Source: an uncultured Chloroflexia bacterium
GTDB taxonomy: Bacteria > Chloroflexota > Limnocylindria > Limnocylindrales > CSP1-4
Direction: 5' to 3'
Length of the DNA: 64,000 bases
Assembly: GCA_963778815.1 (NCBI GenBank)
Contig: CAVZVS010000005.1
Location: forward strand, 30,653 to 94,652
The position numbers and the translations under genes are program-made. This document shows, one piece after another, positions 29,598 through 38,121 of this stretch (the first letter of the stretch is position 1; the number at the start of each line of letters is the position of its first letter). Below the pieces are notes generated by a model. It was given only the letters and a program-made list of their open reading frames with translations, made no database searches and was not told the origin of the DNA.

Positions 29598-29999
29598 TCA
29601 GCGGCTCGTCTTGACGAACGGCAGGAACCCGATCGCGGTCGAGACCACGCTCAGGATCACCCCGCCCACGACGGCCGCGATGATCGCGTCGAGCCCGAAC
29701 TTCGGCGGGAAGCCGCCGACCGTGAAGTCCAGCTTGAGCTTCTCCGAGACGAAGGCAAGGGCTAGCAGGAGCGCCCCGTTGACCAGCAGACCGAACATGC
29801 CGAAGGTCAGGATGGTCAGCGGTAGCGACAGGGCCTTCACGATCGGCTTGATGACCGTATTGGCCAGTCCGAAGATCGCCGCAACGATGAGGATCGAGAG
29901 TGGTTTGACGTCCGCCCCGAACGAGATGCCGCTGTAGAGCAGCGCGGTCACGTACAGCGCGACCCCGGTCCCGACGGCGGTGAGGATGAAGCCGATCAT
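29598..29999 (-). CDS. Phage-holin-family (YvlD/DUF360-like) membrane protein
   Basis: IFGL.NT.IKPI.K.LSLP.TILTFG.F..VNG; GGAGG RBS. Confidence 0.88.
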   Translation of the reverse strand: MIGFILTAVGTGVALYVTALLYSGISFGADVKPLSILIVAAIFGLANTVIKPIVKALSLPLTILTFGMFGLLVNGALLLALAFVSEKLKLDFTVGGFPPKFGLDAIIAAVVGGVILSVVSTAIGFLPFVKTSR

Positions 30000-30090
30000 C
30001 GCGATCCTCCAGGCGAGCTTGGGCCCCTTCGACGGTCGCGGCGAACCGGCCGTGTCGCGACCGATGATGGCAGACCCGTCGAGCCGGGTC

Positions 30091-31131
30091 TCAGCGGAGC
30101 AGGAAGCCGGTCCCGAGCGGGTCGCGCGGGTCGAGTTCGAACTCGTGTCTGCCGGTCAGGAAGGCAGATCCTTCGACCTCGGTCAGCACGGCCGCCCGAC
30201 CGCCGACCGTGGTCTCTCCGACCACCCAGCCCAGGAACGCCGAGTCGACCACGCTCAGGTGCCGGAGCGGATCCCGGGCCGCCGAGCCGAGGCGACCCTC
30301 GGCCGCCAGCAGGGCCAGCCGGGCGGAGGTCCCGCTGCCACACGGCGACCGGTCCACCTCGCCGTCCGCGAAGACGGTCACGTTGCGCTGGGTGAGGGCC
30401 ACTCCCTGCGCTCGATCGATCTCGGATGTCGGTTCGTCCTGCCAGTAGATGACTCCGTAGATGCCACGCAGCTCGGGCTCGTCCGGGTGGACGACATCAC
30501 ACGCCTCTTCGAGCGCCGGGCGGAGGTCGCGCTGGAGCGCGATGAGGGCGGGCAGACTGGCCGCTGCGACGTCAAGGCCGAGCGACCGGGCGTCGACCGA
30601 GGCGTAGAACGCTCCGCCATAGCTGACCTGGCACAGCACCTGGCCACGGCTGGTCGCGATGGTCACGTCCCGTGCCAGCACGAACGCCGGGACGTTCCGG
30701 AAGCGGACCGAGCCGACATGGACGCCGTCCACGTCCATCCGGACGGTGCACGGCAGTCGGCCGGACGGTACGTCGACGACGATCCTGCCTCCGTCTGTCG
30801 GGGCCGCCAGTCGGCCCGACTCGATGGCCCAGGTGACCAGGGCGATGGTGCCGTGACCGCACGCCGTCGAGTAGCCCTCGTTGTGGAAAAAGACCACGCC
30901 AAGGTCGCCCTCGGCGTCGTCCGGCTCGGTCACGAAGCAGCCGTACATGTCGGCGTGGCCGCGCGGCTCGTCGATGACGAGGTGGCGGATGCGCTCGAGA
31001 TGGTCGTGAGCGTAGGCCCGGCGCTCGAGCACGGTCCGCCCTTCGAGGGGCGCCACCCCGTCGGTCACGATCCGGAACGGTTCTCCGCCGGTGTGGTAGT
31101 CGACCGTCCCGATCCGCAAGGTCGAGGTCAT
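30091..31131 (-). CDS. Proline racemase / hydroxyproline epimerase family protein
   Basis: DYHTGGEPFRIV, EPRGH.DMYG, YSTACGHG, DRSPCGSGT; ATGA overlap with GNAT stop. Confidence 0.92.
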   Translation of the reverse strand: MTSTLRIGTVDYHTGGEPFRIVTDGVAPLEGRTVLERRAYAHDHLERIRHLVIDEPRGHADMYGCFVTEPDDAEGDLGVVFFHNEGYSTACGHGTIALVTWAIESGRLAAPTDGGRIVVDVPSGRLPCTVRMDVDGVHVGSVRFRNVPAFVLARDVTIATSRGQVLCQVSYGGAFYASVDARSLGLDVAAASLPALIALQRDLRPALEEACDVVHPDEPELRGIYGVIYWQDEPTSEIDRAQGVALTQRNVTVFADGEVDRSPCGSGTSARLALLAAEGRLGSAARDPLRHLSVVDSAFLGWVVGETTVGGRAAVLTEVEGSAFLTGRHEFELDPRDPLGTGFLLR

Positions 31132-31745
31132 CGGGCCAGGCGGTGGCGCTCGAGGCGTTCCTGGAGTCGCGCCCGGACCAGCGGCCACTCGTCGTCGAGG
31201 ATGCTGTAGTAGGCGGTGTCCCGGGCCCGGCCCCCGGCCATCACCATGTGCTTGCGGAAGATCCCCTCGAAGGTCGCGCCGATGCCCAGGATGGCCGCCC
31301 GTGACTGGCTGTTGAGGGCGTCCGTCTTGAGTTCGACCCGCCGGCAGCCCAGCGCATCGAAAGCGTGGCCGAGCATGGCCAGCTTGGCCTCGGTGTTGAC
31401 CGCGGTCCGCTGGAGGGCCGGGTCGATCCAGGTCCAGCCGATCTCGAGGCGCAGGTCCGCCGGGGCGACGTTGAGGTAGCGCGAGCTGCCCACCACCCGT
31501 CCCCCGGCCCGCTCGACGGTCACGAACGGGACCATCGATCGAGCGGCGTGACCGGCCAGCGCCGCGTCGACGATCGTGCCCATCCCGGCGTCGGTCGAGC
31601 CGTCGGTGGGCATCCAGGTCCAGATCCGGGGATCGCGACCGGCGGCGGTCAGCCCGGCCAGGTGGTCTGGTCGGAGCGGTTCGAGCAGGACGGTCTCGCC
31701 GATCAGGACCGGCGGCTCGAACCAGGTGCGGGTCGTGTCATCCAT
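31128..31745 (-). CDS. GNAT N-acetyltransferase (RimJ/RimL type)
   Basis: LEIGWTW, T.VNTEAKL.ML.HAF, RVELKTD.LN..SR.AI..IGA..EG..R.H. Confidence 0.9.
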   Translation of the reverse strand: MDDTTRTWFEPPVLIGETVLLEPLRPDHLAGLTAAGRDPRIWTWMPTDGSTDAGMGTIVDAALAGHAARSMVPFVTVERAGGRVVGSSRYLNVAPADLRLEIGWTWIDPALQRTAVNTEAKLAMLGHAFDALGCRRVELKTDALNSQSRAAILGIGATFEGIFRKHMVMAGGRARDTAYYSILDDEWPLVRARLQERLERHRLAR

Positions 31746-31751
31746 GGCGCG

Positions 31752-31761
31752 AGTCTAGACT
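31752..31761. promoter_or_regulatory. Palindromic AGTCTAGACT supplying a TAGACT -10 element on both strands
   Basis: Each -10 lies exactly 6 nt from the ATG of a divergent gene (31745 and 31768) in a 22-bp gap without RBS. Confidence 0.6.
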
Positions 31762-31767
31762 CTGACG

Positions 31768-32202
31768 ATGCGCCACGACCTGACCGTCGACGACCTCGGC
31801 GACCTGCTCGACCTGCCCTTGTTGGCGACCCTGGCGACGCGTCGGGCCGACGGCTCGGTCCTCCTCTCGCCGGTCTGGCACGAATGGTCCGATGGCGGGT
31901 TCCTGATCGCGGTCGAGACCGGCGATGGGAAGTTGAAGCACGTCCAGCGCGACCCGAACGTGACCATCCTCGTCGCCGAACCGGACCTGCCCTATCGCGG
32001 CCTCGAGATCAGCGCTTCGGCCGAGATCGTCGAGACGGAGTACGGCCCGGTCATCCGGCGGATCGGCCGGCGCTATGTCGGGGACGTGGTGGATCGGATG
32101 TGGGCAGATCCGGGGGACGGGGTCGTCCTCCGGATCGCACCCGGCCGGCTGCGTGCCTGGGACTTCAAGGACGACTACCCGGAGGGAACCTCGGCGCCAT
32201 GA
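31768..32202 (+). CDS. PPOX-class (probably F420-dependent) oxidoreductase
   Basis: ATLAT.R.DGS..LSPVW, K..H..RDP.V.I. Confidence 0.85.
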   Translation: MRHDLTVDDLGDLLDLPLLATLATRRADGSVLLSPVWHEWSDGGFLIAVETGDGKLKHVQRDPNVTILVAEPDLPYRGLEISASAEIVETEYGPVIRRIGRRYVGDVVDRMWADPGDGVVLRIAPGRLRAWDFKDDYPEGTSAP

Positions 32203-33992
32203 CCGATCCGACCTCGGCCTTCGCGGCCCGCATCGATGTGTTCCTGTCGGAGTTCTTCCGGCTCCACCCGCTCCACGCCACCGCGGCCGGGATGCACGAC
32301 CACGATGCACGCTGGCCCGACCTGACCGGGACGGGGCGCGCCGAGCGCCTTGCCTTCGCCGCTCGCTGGGAGGCGGAGTTGGGCTCGATCCCCGAGTCGG
32401 ACCTGACCCGCGATGAGCTGGTCGACCGGGATCTCATCCTGGCCGAGCTCGACGGCTTGCGCTTCAGCGAGACGGAGCTGCGCCAGGAGCGCTGGGATCC
32501 GCTCGAGTGGGTCTACCTCTTGGGTGGCGGGATCTTCCCGCTTATCGCTCGCGACTTCGCCCCACTGGCGGACCGGCTGGCCTCGGTCGCCGGTCGGCTC
32601 GAGGGGATGACCGGGGTGATCGCCGCGGCCCGGGCCGAGCTGGTCGGACTGCCCGATCGGCCAGTGGCCTTGCTCCACACCGAGACCGCCCTGAGGAACC
32701 TGGCCGGAGTGGCCGAGCTGGCGACCGAGGCGCTGACCGAGGCTGAGGGTGCGGCGCCTGCCGATCCGCGGGTGGCGGCCATCCTGCCCCGCCTCGCCGC
32801 CGCCGCGGATTCGGCCCGGGCGGTCCTGGCCGCCTTCGAGACGCATCTCCGCGACGTGGTCCTGCCGGCCGCCTCCGGTGAGGGTCGCCTGGGGGCCGAC
32901 CTATTCAGCGCCAAGATGCGCCACACCCTGCGCGACGACGAGCTCACTCCGGCCCGGATCCTGGAGCGGGCGGACGTGGAGTTCGCGGCGGTGCGAGCCG
33001 AGATGGTGCGCTTGGCCCGCGAGCTGTGGCCGACCTGGTGCCCGGATCGCACCATGCCCGCCGAGGACGGGGCGATCGTCCGGGCGGTCAGCGACGCCAT
33101 CGCCGCCGAGCATCAACCGGCCGGCGAGCTCCTGACCTGGTGTCGCCAGGAGCTGGCCAGGATCGAGGCCTTCTGCCGCGAGCGCGACGTGGTCGGTCTG
33201 GCCGACGATCCGCTCGAGATCCGCTGGACCCCGGTATTCATGCGCTCGTTCGGGGGCGCGATGCTCGATACGCCAGGGCCGCTGGACAAGGGCCAGAAGG
33301 CGTTCTTCGCGATCACCCCGATCCCCGACGACTGGAGCGCCGAACGGGCCGAGAGCTATCTGCGCGAGGACAACGACCGGATGCTCCGGGTCCTGACCAT
33401 CCACGAAGCGGTGCCCGGCCACTACCTCCAGGGCAGCTACGCCAATCGCAACCCGTCCATCGTCCGGGGCGTGTTCTGGAGCGGGGTCTACGCCGAGGGC
33501 TGGGCGGTCTACGTGACCCAGGTGATGATGGACCTGGGCTACGGCGCCGACGATCCGGCCCTGATGCTCATCCACTGGAAGTTCTACCTGCGTGCGGTCA
33601 CCAACGCGATGATCGATGTCCGGATCCACGCCGGGGAGGCCTTCGGCGGCGCGATGACCGAGGATGAGGCCGTCCGACTGATGGTCGACGGCGGCTTCCA
33701 GGAGGAAGCCGAAGCCCGGGCCAAGTTCGACCGGGCTCGGCTGTCGTCGACCCAGCTGTCGACCTACTTCGTCGGCTCGATGGCGATGTGGCAACTCGAA
33801 CTCGAGGTCCGGCGCCGCCTGGCCGAGGCGAGTGGCGACCCACGGGGACGCTCGGCGGTCACCGAGCGGACCCTGGCCGGCTGCCTGGGTGACTCAGCCG
33901 GCTTCGTCTATCGACGGCACCTCGAGACGGTCATCGGGCACGGGGCGTTGCCCATCTCACTGCTCCGGCGGCTCGTCCTCGACGAAGCCTGA
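32199..33992 (+). CDS. DUF885 family protein (possible metallopeptidase)
   Basis: P..ATA.G.H.HD, TIHEAVPGHYLQ, EGWA.Y, TQLSTYF.G; ATGA overlap. Confidence 0.88.
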   Translation: MTDPTSAFAARIDVFLSEFFRLHPLHATAAGMHDHDARWPDLTGTGRAERLAFAARWEAELGSIPESDLTRDELVDRDLILAELDGLRFSETELRQERWDPLEWVYLLGGGIFPLIARDFAPLADRLASVAGRLEGMTGVIAAARAELVGLPDRPVALLHTETALRNLAGVAELATEALTEAEGAAPADPRVAAILPRLAAAADSARAVLAAFETHLRDVVLPAASGEGRLGADLFSAKMRHTLRDDELTPARILERADVEFAAVRAEMVRLARELWPTWCPDRTMPAEDGAIVRAVSDAIAAEHQPAGELLTWCRQELARIEAFCRERDVVGLADDPLEIRWTPVFMRSFGGAMLDTPGPLDKGQKAFFAITPIPDDWSAERAESYLREDNDRMLRVLTIHEAVPGHYLQGSYANRNPSIVRGVFWSGVYAEGWAVYVTQVMMDLGYGADDPALMLIHWKFYLRAVTNAMIDVRIHAGEAFGGAMTEDEAVRLMVDGGFQEEAEARAKFDRARLSSTQLSTYFVGSMAMWQLELEVRRRLAEASGDPRGRSAVTERTLAGCLGDSAGFVYRRHLETVIGHGALPISLLRRLVLDEA

Positions 33993-34058
33993 GCCGGCGC
34001 GCAGCGACCCCGGCTCCGGTGCGGACCGGGGCGGGGTCGCCGCTCGGGAGGGCGCTGG

Positions 34059-34709
34059 TCAGAGGCTGGGCTGGGCAGCCTCGTCCGGTCGGCCGAGACG
34101 GATCAGGAAGCGCAGGAAGATCGCCCCCGAGGTCAACGCCACCAGGGCCAGGCTCAGGTTGAGGATCGGCCAGGCGAGTACGTTGACGGTCTGCTCGTCG
34201 GGGTTCGCCGCGATCAACGCGCCAGGGAGTCCGCCGAGCCCGTAGACCGTCAGGCGATCGACCTGATCGGCAGCCTCGAGCCCGTAGATCTGGGGAACGA
34301 TGTAGAGGGCCGAGGCGATGACAAGGAGGCCGCTCACCAGGCGGAATGCTCCAGGATCGTCGTCGGCGTCCCGAAGGAGCTTGACGCACATCGCCCACAG
34401 CAGGACCACCACGGCGAGCGGGGCGGTCAGGGGCAGGCCAAGCCCGATGTAGAGGTTCGGCATCAGGAACACGAGGCTCAACCCGAGGACGATCACCAGC
34501 AGCGCGTCGCGCAAGAGCACGTACGACAGCCACCAGACGTCACCGCCGAAGCGGAGCGTCAGGGATTGGAGGAACCGGACGATGTACGGTCGGGCGAAGT
34601 GGAGGATCAAGGCGAACGACCACAGGATCGGCAGGACGGCTGCCACCGACAGGACAAGCCAGCCCTGACCGCCGGTGGTGATCGCAGTGGCGAGATCGTC
34701 GGCACTCAT
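34059..34709 (-). CDS. Uncharacterised multi-TM protein, paralog B
   Basis: About 6 TM; ARPY..TLRFGGDVWW.SY..LRD; ATGA overlap with paralog A. Confidence 0.8.
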   Translation of the reverse strand: MSADDLATAITTGGQGWLVLSVAAVLPILWSFALILHFARPYIVRFLQSLTLRFGGDVWWLSYVLLRDALLVIVLGLSLVFLMPNLYIGLGLPLTAPLAVVVLLWAMCVKLLRDADDDPGAFRLVSGLLVIASALYIVPQIYGLEAADQVDRLTVYGLGGLPGALIAANPDEQTVNVLAWPILNLSLALVALTSGAIFLRFLIRLGRPDEAAQPSL

Positions 34710-35320
34710 CGGGTCTTCTCCTTGCTCGGGCGGCTGCTGGCCTGCCTGAAGTTGTAGGCGACGGCGACCAGGGCCATGATCCCGACCAGGGCCCCGGAGA
34801 AGTAGCACAGTCCGAGCGCGACATCCACGTTCTGGCTGGACACCAGCACCGAGGCGAGCTGGTTCGACTGATCCGTTCCGATGGTCGTGACCTGCACGCC
34901 GAGCAGGTAGGGAAGGATGTAGAGGGTGGCGCCGAGCCCCAGGAGCGCGACCTGGGCCCGGAACCAGTTCACCTCATGGTCGCCCTTGATGAGCTTGATC
35001 AGCATCACCGCGAAGGCGCAAGCGGCGGCCAGCCCGCCGGTGATCGGCAGATCCTTGCCGCTCACGACGTCGGGGTAAAAGAAGATGAAGCTGCCGAGGA
35101 AGAGGTTGACGAGGAGCAGGTCGCGCAGGGCGATGTAGATGATCCACCACAGGTCGGCGCCCAGGCGCAGGGTGAACTTGTTGAGGTTCGCGACCATGTA
35201 TGGGCGGGCGATGTACAGCGACACGACGAGGACCCAGAGCACGACGAGGACCGCCGCGATCGTCCCCTCGATGAAGCTCTCGCCTGCGTCGAACAAGCCT
35301 GACACCTGGTCGGGGGTCAT
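34706..35320 (-). CDS. Uncharacterised multi-TM protein, paralog A
   Basis: About 6 TM; ARPY..TLRLGADLWW..Y..LRD; ATGA overlap with flavoprotein gene. Confidence 0.8.
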   Translation of the reverse strand: MTPDQVSGLFDAGESFIEGTIAAVLVVLWVLVVSLYIARPYMVANLNKFTLRLGADLWWIIYIALRDLLLVNLFLGSFIFFYPDVVSGKDLPITGGLAAACAFAVMLIKLIKGDHEVNWFRAQVALLGLGATLYILPYLLGVQVTTIGTDQSNQLASVLVSSQNVDVALGLCYFSGALVGIMALVAVAYNFRQASSRPSKEKTR

Positions 35321-37314
35321 CGGTCTCCTCCTGCTGGTGGGGTTGCGTCGAGGTGGACATGGGGCACGGCCGAGGCGATCGGCGGTGGGGCCGCCCGCCC
35401 TGGTCCGTCAGCCGGCCCGCGACCGTCGAGCACGCTCACGGTCGTGCAGCTGTAGACGGCATCGCACCGGAAGCAACGCCCGGCCTCGCGCTGGGCTGCA
35501 GCCACGTCGAACCCGGTCTGAGCTGCCGCGAACGTGGCCACGTCGACCATCGGCAGGGGCGCGCGCTCCCGGGGCCGTGGCTCCAGTCTGAGTTCGAGCT
35601 TTGACTCGGGCGCCGTGGGGTAGCGCACGGCCGCCAGGATGTCGGCTTCGCCATCGACTGAACCGGCGAGGTACTGGTGGATCGCCCCGGCGGCGCGACG
35701 ACCGGCGGCGACGGCGTCGATGATGGTCTTTGGGCCGGTCACCACGTCGCCGCCCGCGAAGACGCCCTTCCGACCCGTCGCCAGGGTCCCCGGATCGGCC
35801 GCGATGCCGGCCCAGGCGCTGGTCTCGATGCCGGCCCCTTCGGGCAGGATCGACGGATCGGGCTCCTCGCCGATCGCGACCAGGATGACGTCGGCGGGTA
35901 CGACCGCTTCGCTGCCCGGGACCGACGACCAGACGGCCCGCCCGCCTTCGACCGCTCCGCTGGGTGCCTGTTCGGTCACGCGCAGACCGGTGACCCGGCC
36001 GTCGATCCCGATGACCTCGCCGATGGCCACCCCGATCCGAAACTCGACGCCCTCGCGACGGGCGGCTTCGACTTCCTCGGCCTGGGCGGGCATCTCCTTG
36101 AAGCCTCGCCGGTAGAGGACGGTGACGGTGGCGGCACCGCTCCGGAGGGCCGATCGAGCGGCGTCCATCGCAGTGCTACCGCCGCCCACGACGACGACCC
36201 GACCCGGCAGCCGGGGAGTCTCGCCGAGGTTGACCTGCTTGAGGAAGACGGTGCCCGGGATGACCCCTCGGAGATCGTCGCCGGGGACGCCGAGGCGACG
36301 ACTCTTCGGGGCGCCGGTGGCCAGGAAGACCGCGTCGAAGCCCTGGGTCTCCAGGTCGTTCAAGGTGTAGTCACGACCCATCACGGCGTCGAGCCGAAGT
36401 TCCACCCCGAGCCCGACGATGCGCTCGATCTCCTCGCGGAGGACCTGGCGCGGGAGGCGATACTCCGGGATCCCGATCGCCATCATCCCGCCCGGGACCG
36501 GCATCGCCTCGAGCACCGTGACGCCATAGCCGAGCCGGGCGAGGTAGTAGGCGGCCGACATGCCGGCAGGCCCCCCACCGACGATGGCCACCCGCTCCGG
36601 CCGGCGGACCGTCGGAGGGTCGATCTTGGGCAGGGTGCCCTGTTCTGCCGCGAATCGCTTGAGCGTCCGGATGGCGATCGGCTCGTCGAGCGTGCCTCGA
36701 CGGCAGGCGGTCTCGCAGGGGGCCGTGCAGATCCAGCCGCAGACCGACGGGAACGGGTTGACCTCGGCGGCGACGGCATAGGCGTCGTCGTACCGACCGG
36801 CAGCGATGAGACCGATATAGCGACCGGCGTCGGTACCGGCGGGACAGGCCGCCTGGCACGGGGCGCCGAGCGGCGGCACATCTGCCCCGACCATCGAGGT
36901 CCATACCTGCCATGGCTCAGGCCGGCTGTGAGTCTTCCAGCTGCCGAACTGGTCGAACGGCGAGACCTTGGTCGGTTTGAGCGCTTCGCGGGTGACCGCC
37001 GACAGCGGGATCCAGCCGGCCGAGGGCTGGGGCCGTTCGATCCGGCCCTGGCGCGCTGCCAGTGGGGTCGGGCCGTCGACTTCGTCGAGGGTCATCACCA
37101 CCACCGGGCACTCGCGGATGCAGATCGAGCAACCGATGCACTCTCCGACCTGGATCGGATACTCCATCATCCCGAGGAGCGGTCGCCCGTTCGGACCCGC
37201 CTCGACCCCGGACCGCTCCGGCCGGGTCATGTCGAGCGCCTCGACCGGGCAGACGTCCATGCACACGCCGCAGTTGATGCAGTTCTCGAGGTCGACCTGG
37301 ATCCGGTAGCCCAT
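35317..37314 (-). CDS. 2[4Fe-4S] ferredoxin fused to GltD/NfnB-like NAD(P)H:FAD oxidoreductase
   Basis: CINCGVCMDVCP and CIGCSICIRECP; CQAACP, CGWICTAPCE.ACRR; GGGPAG, GGGSTAMD, GGD..TGP; C-terminal EAGRCFRC; GGAG RBS. Confidence 0.9.
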   Translation of the reverse strand: MGYRIQVDLENCINCGVCMDVCPVEALDMTRPERSGVEAGPNGRPLLGMMEYPIQVGECIGCSICIRECPVVVMTLDEVDGPTPLAARQGRIERPQPSAGWIPLSAVTREALKPTKVSPFDQFGSWKTHSRPEPWQVWTSMVGADVPPLGAPCQAACPAGTDAGRYIGLIAAGRYDDAYAVAAEVNPFPSVCGWICTAPCETACRRGTLDEPIAIRTLKRFAAEQGTLPKIDPPTVRRPERVAIVGGGPAGMSAAYYLARLGYGVTVLEAMPVPGGMMAIGIPEYRLPRQVLREEIERIVGLGVELRLDAVMGRDYTLNDLETQGFDAVFLATGAPKSRRLGVPGDDLRGVIPGTVFLKQVNLGETPRLPGRVVVVGGGSTAMDAARSALRSGAATVTVLYRRGFKEMPAQAEEVEAARREGVEFRIGVAIGEVIGIDGRVTGLRVTEQAPSGAVEGGRAVWSSVPGSEAVVPADVILVAIGEEPDPSILPEGAGIETSAWAGIAADPGTLATGRKGVFAGGDVVTGPKTIIDAVAAGRRAAGAIHQYLAGSVDGEADILAAVRYPTAPESKLELRLEPRPRERAPLPMVDVATFAAAQTGFDVAAAQREAGRCFRCDAVYSCTTVSVLDGRGPADGPGRAAPPPIASAVPHVHLDATPPAGGDR

Positions 37315-37458
37315 GGTTGGCTCCGTTGCGAGTTGTCTCGGATAGCGTCCGGCCAGGGGCGTCGTCCGACCAGACACAGCCGAGCAGGGAGGGCGATGTC
37401 CGATCGGGTGGGGGAGTGGTGCCGGATGGCCCGGGCCGAACAGCCGGACGGACGCCGA

Positions 37459-38121
37459 TCAGGTCGGGCCGACAGGATCGCTCGGTGGGATCAGGCCCTC
37501 GCGGACCGCTCGTGCGGCGACCTCGGTCCGGGACTCCGCATGGAGCTTCTCGAGGATGTTCCGGAGGTGGTACTTGGCGGTGTTCTCGCTGATCCCCAGC
37601 CGGACGGCGATCTCCTTGTTGCGGAGGCCGGCTGTTACCAGACGGAGGACCTCGATCTCGCGATCGGTCAGGGCATCCGGCCCGGCCGAACGGTCGGGCG
37701 GTCGATCGCGACGGAGGAACTCCTCGATGATCCGGGCTGCGGTGGCCGGTGCGATGGCGGCCTCGCCCCGGCCCACGGCGTCGATCATCGCCCGGAATTG
37801 GACCCCTTCGAGGTTCTTGAGCAGGTAGCCGTTGGCGCCGGCTTTGATCGCCGCGAACAGGTCGTCCTCATCCTCGCTGACGGTCAGGATGACGATGGCC
37901 GTCTCGGGTCGATCGGCCTTGATCCGGGCGGTGGCGTCGAGGCCCGATCCACCGGGCATCCGGATGTCCATCAGGACCAGGTCCGGAGCGAGGCGCTTCG
38001 ATTGCTCGACCGCGTCGGGCCCGCTCGACGCGAGACCGACGATGTCGTGGCCCCAGACGTCGAGGAGCGAGGCCACCCCGTCGCGAAACAGGGCGTGATC
38101 GTCGGCCAGCAGGATCCTCAT
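37459..38121 (-). CDS. NarL/LuxR family response regulator
   Basis: ILLADDH, LMDIRMPG, LT.RE.EVL, NKEIA..L.ISE.T.K.H..NIL.KL. Confidence 0.93.
   Translation of the reverse strand: MRILLADDHALFRDGVASLLDVWGHDIVGLASSGPDAVEQSKRLAPDLVLMDIRMPGGSGLDATARIKADRPETAIVILTVSEDEDDLFAAIKAGANGYLLKNLEGVQFRAMIDAVGRGEAAIAPATAARIIEEFLRRDRPPDRSAGPDALTDREIEVLRLVTAGLRNKEIAVRLGISENTAKYHLRNILEKLHAESRTEVAARAVREGLIPPSDPVGPT

Noticed and set aside
29598-29999. Holin as evidence of a prophage
   Set aside because: YvlD/DUF360-type proteins are common chromosomal genes; neighbours are housekeeping
35317-37314. Calling the flavoprotein gltD (glutamate synthase small subunit)
   Set aside because: No gltB nearby and it has an extra ferredoxin domain; only family-level similarity is supported
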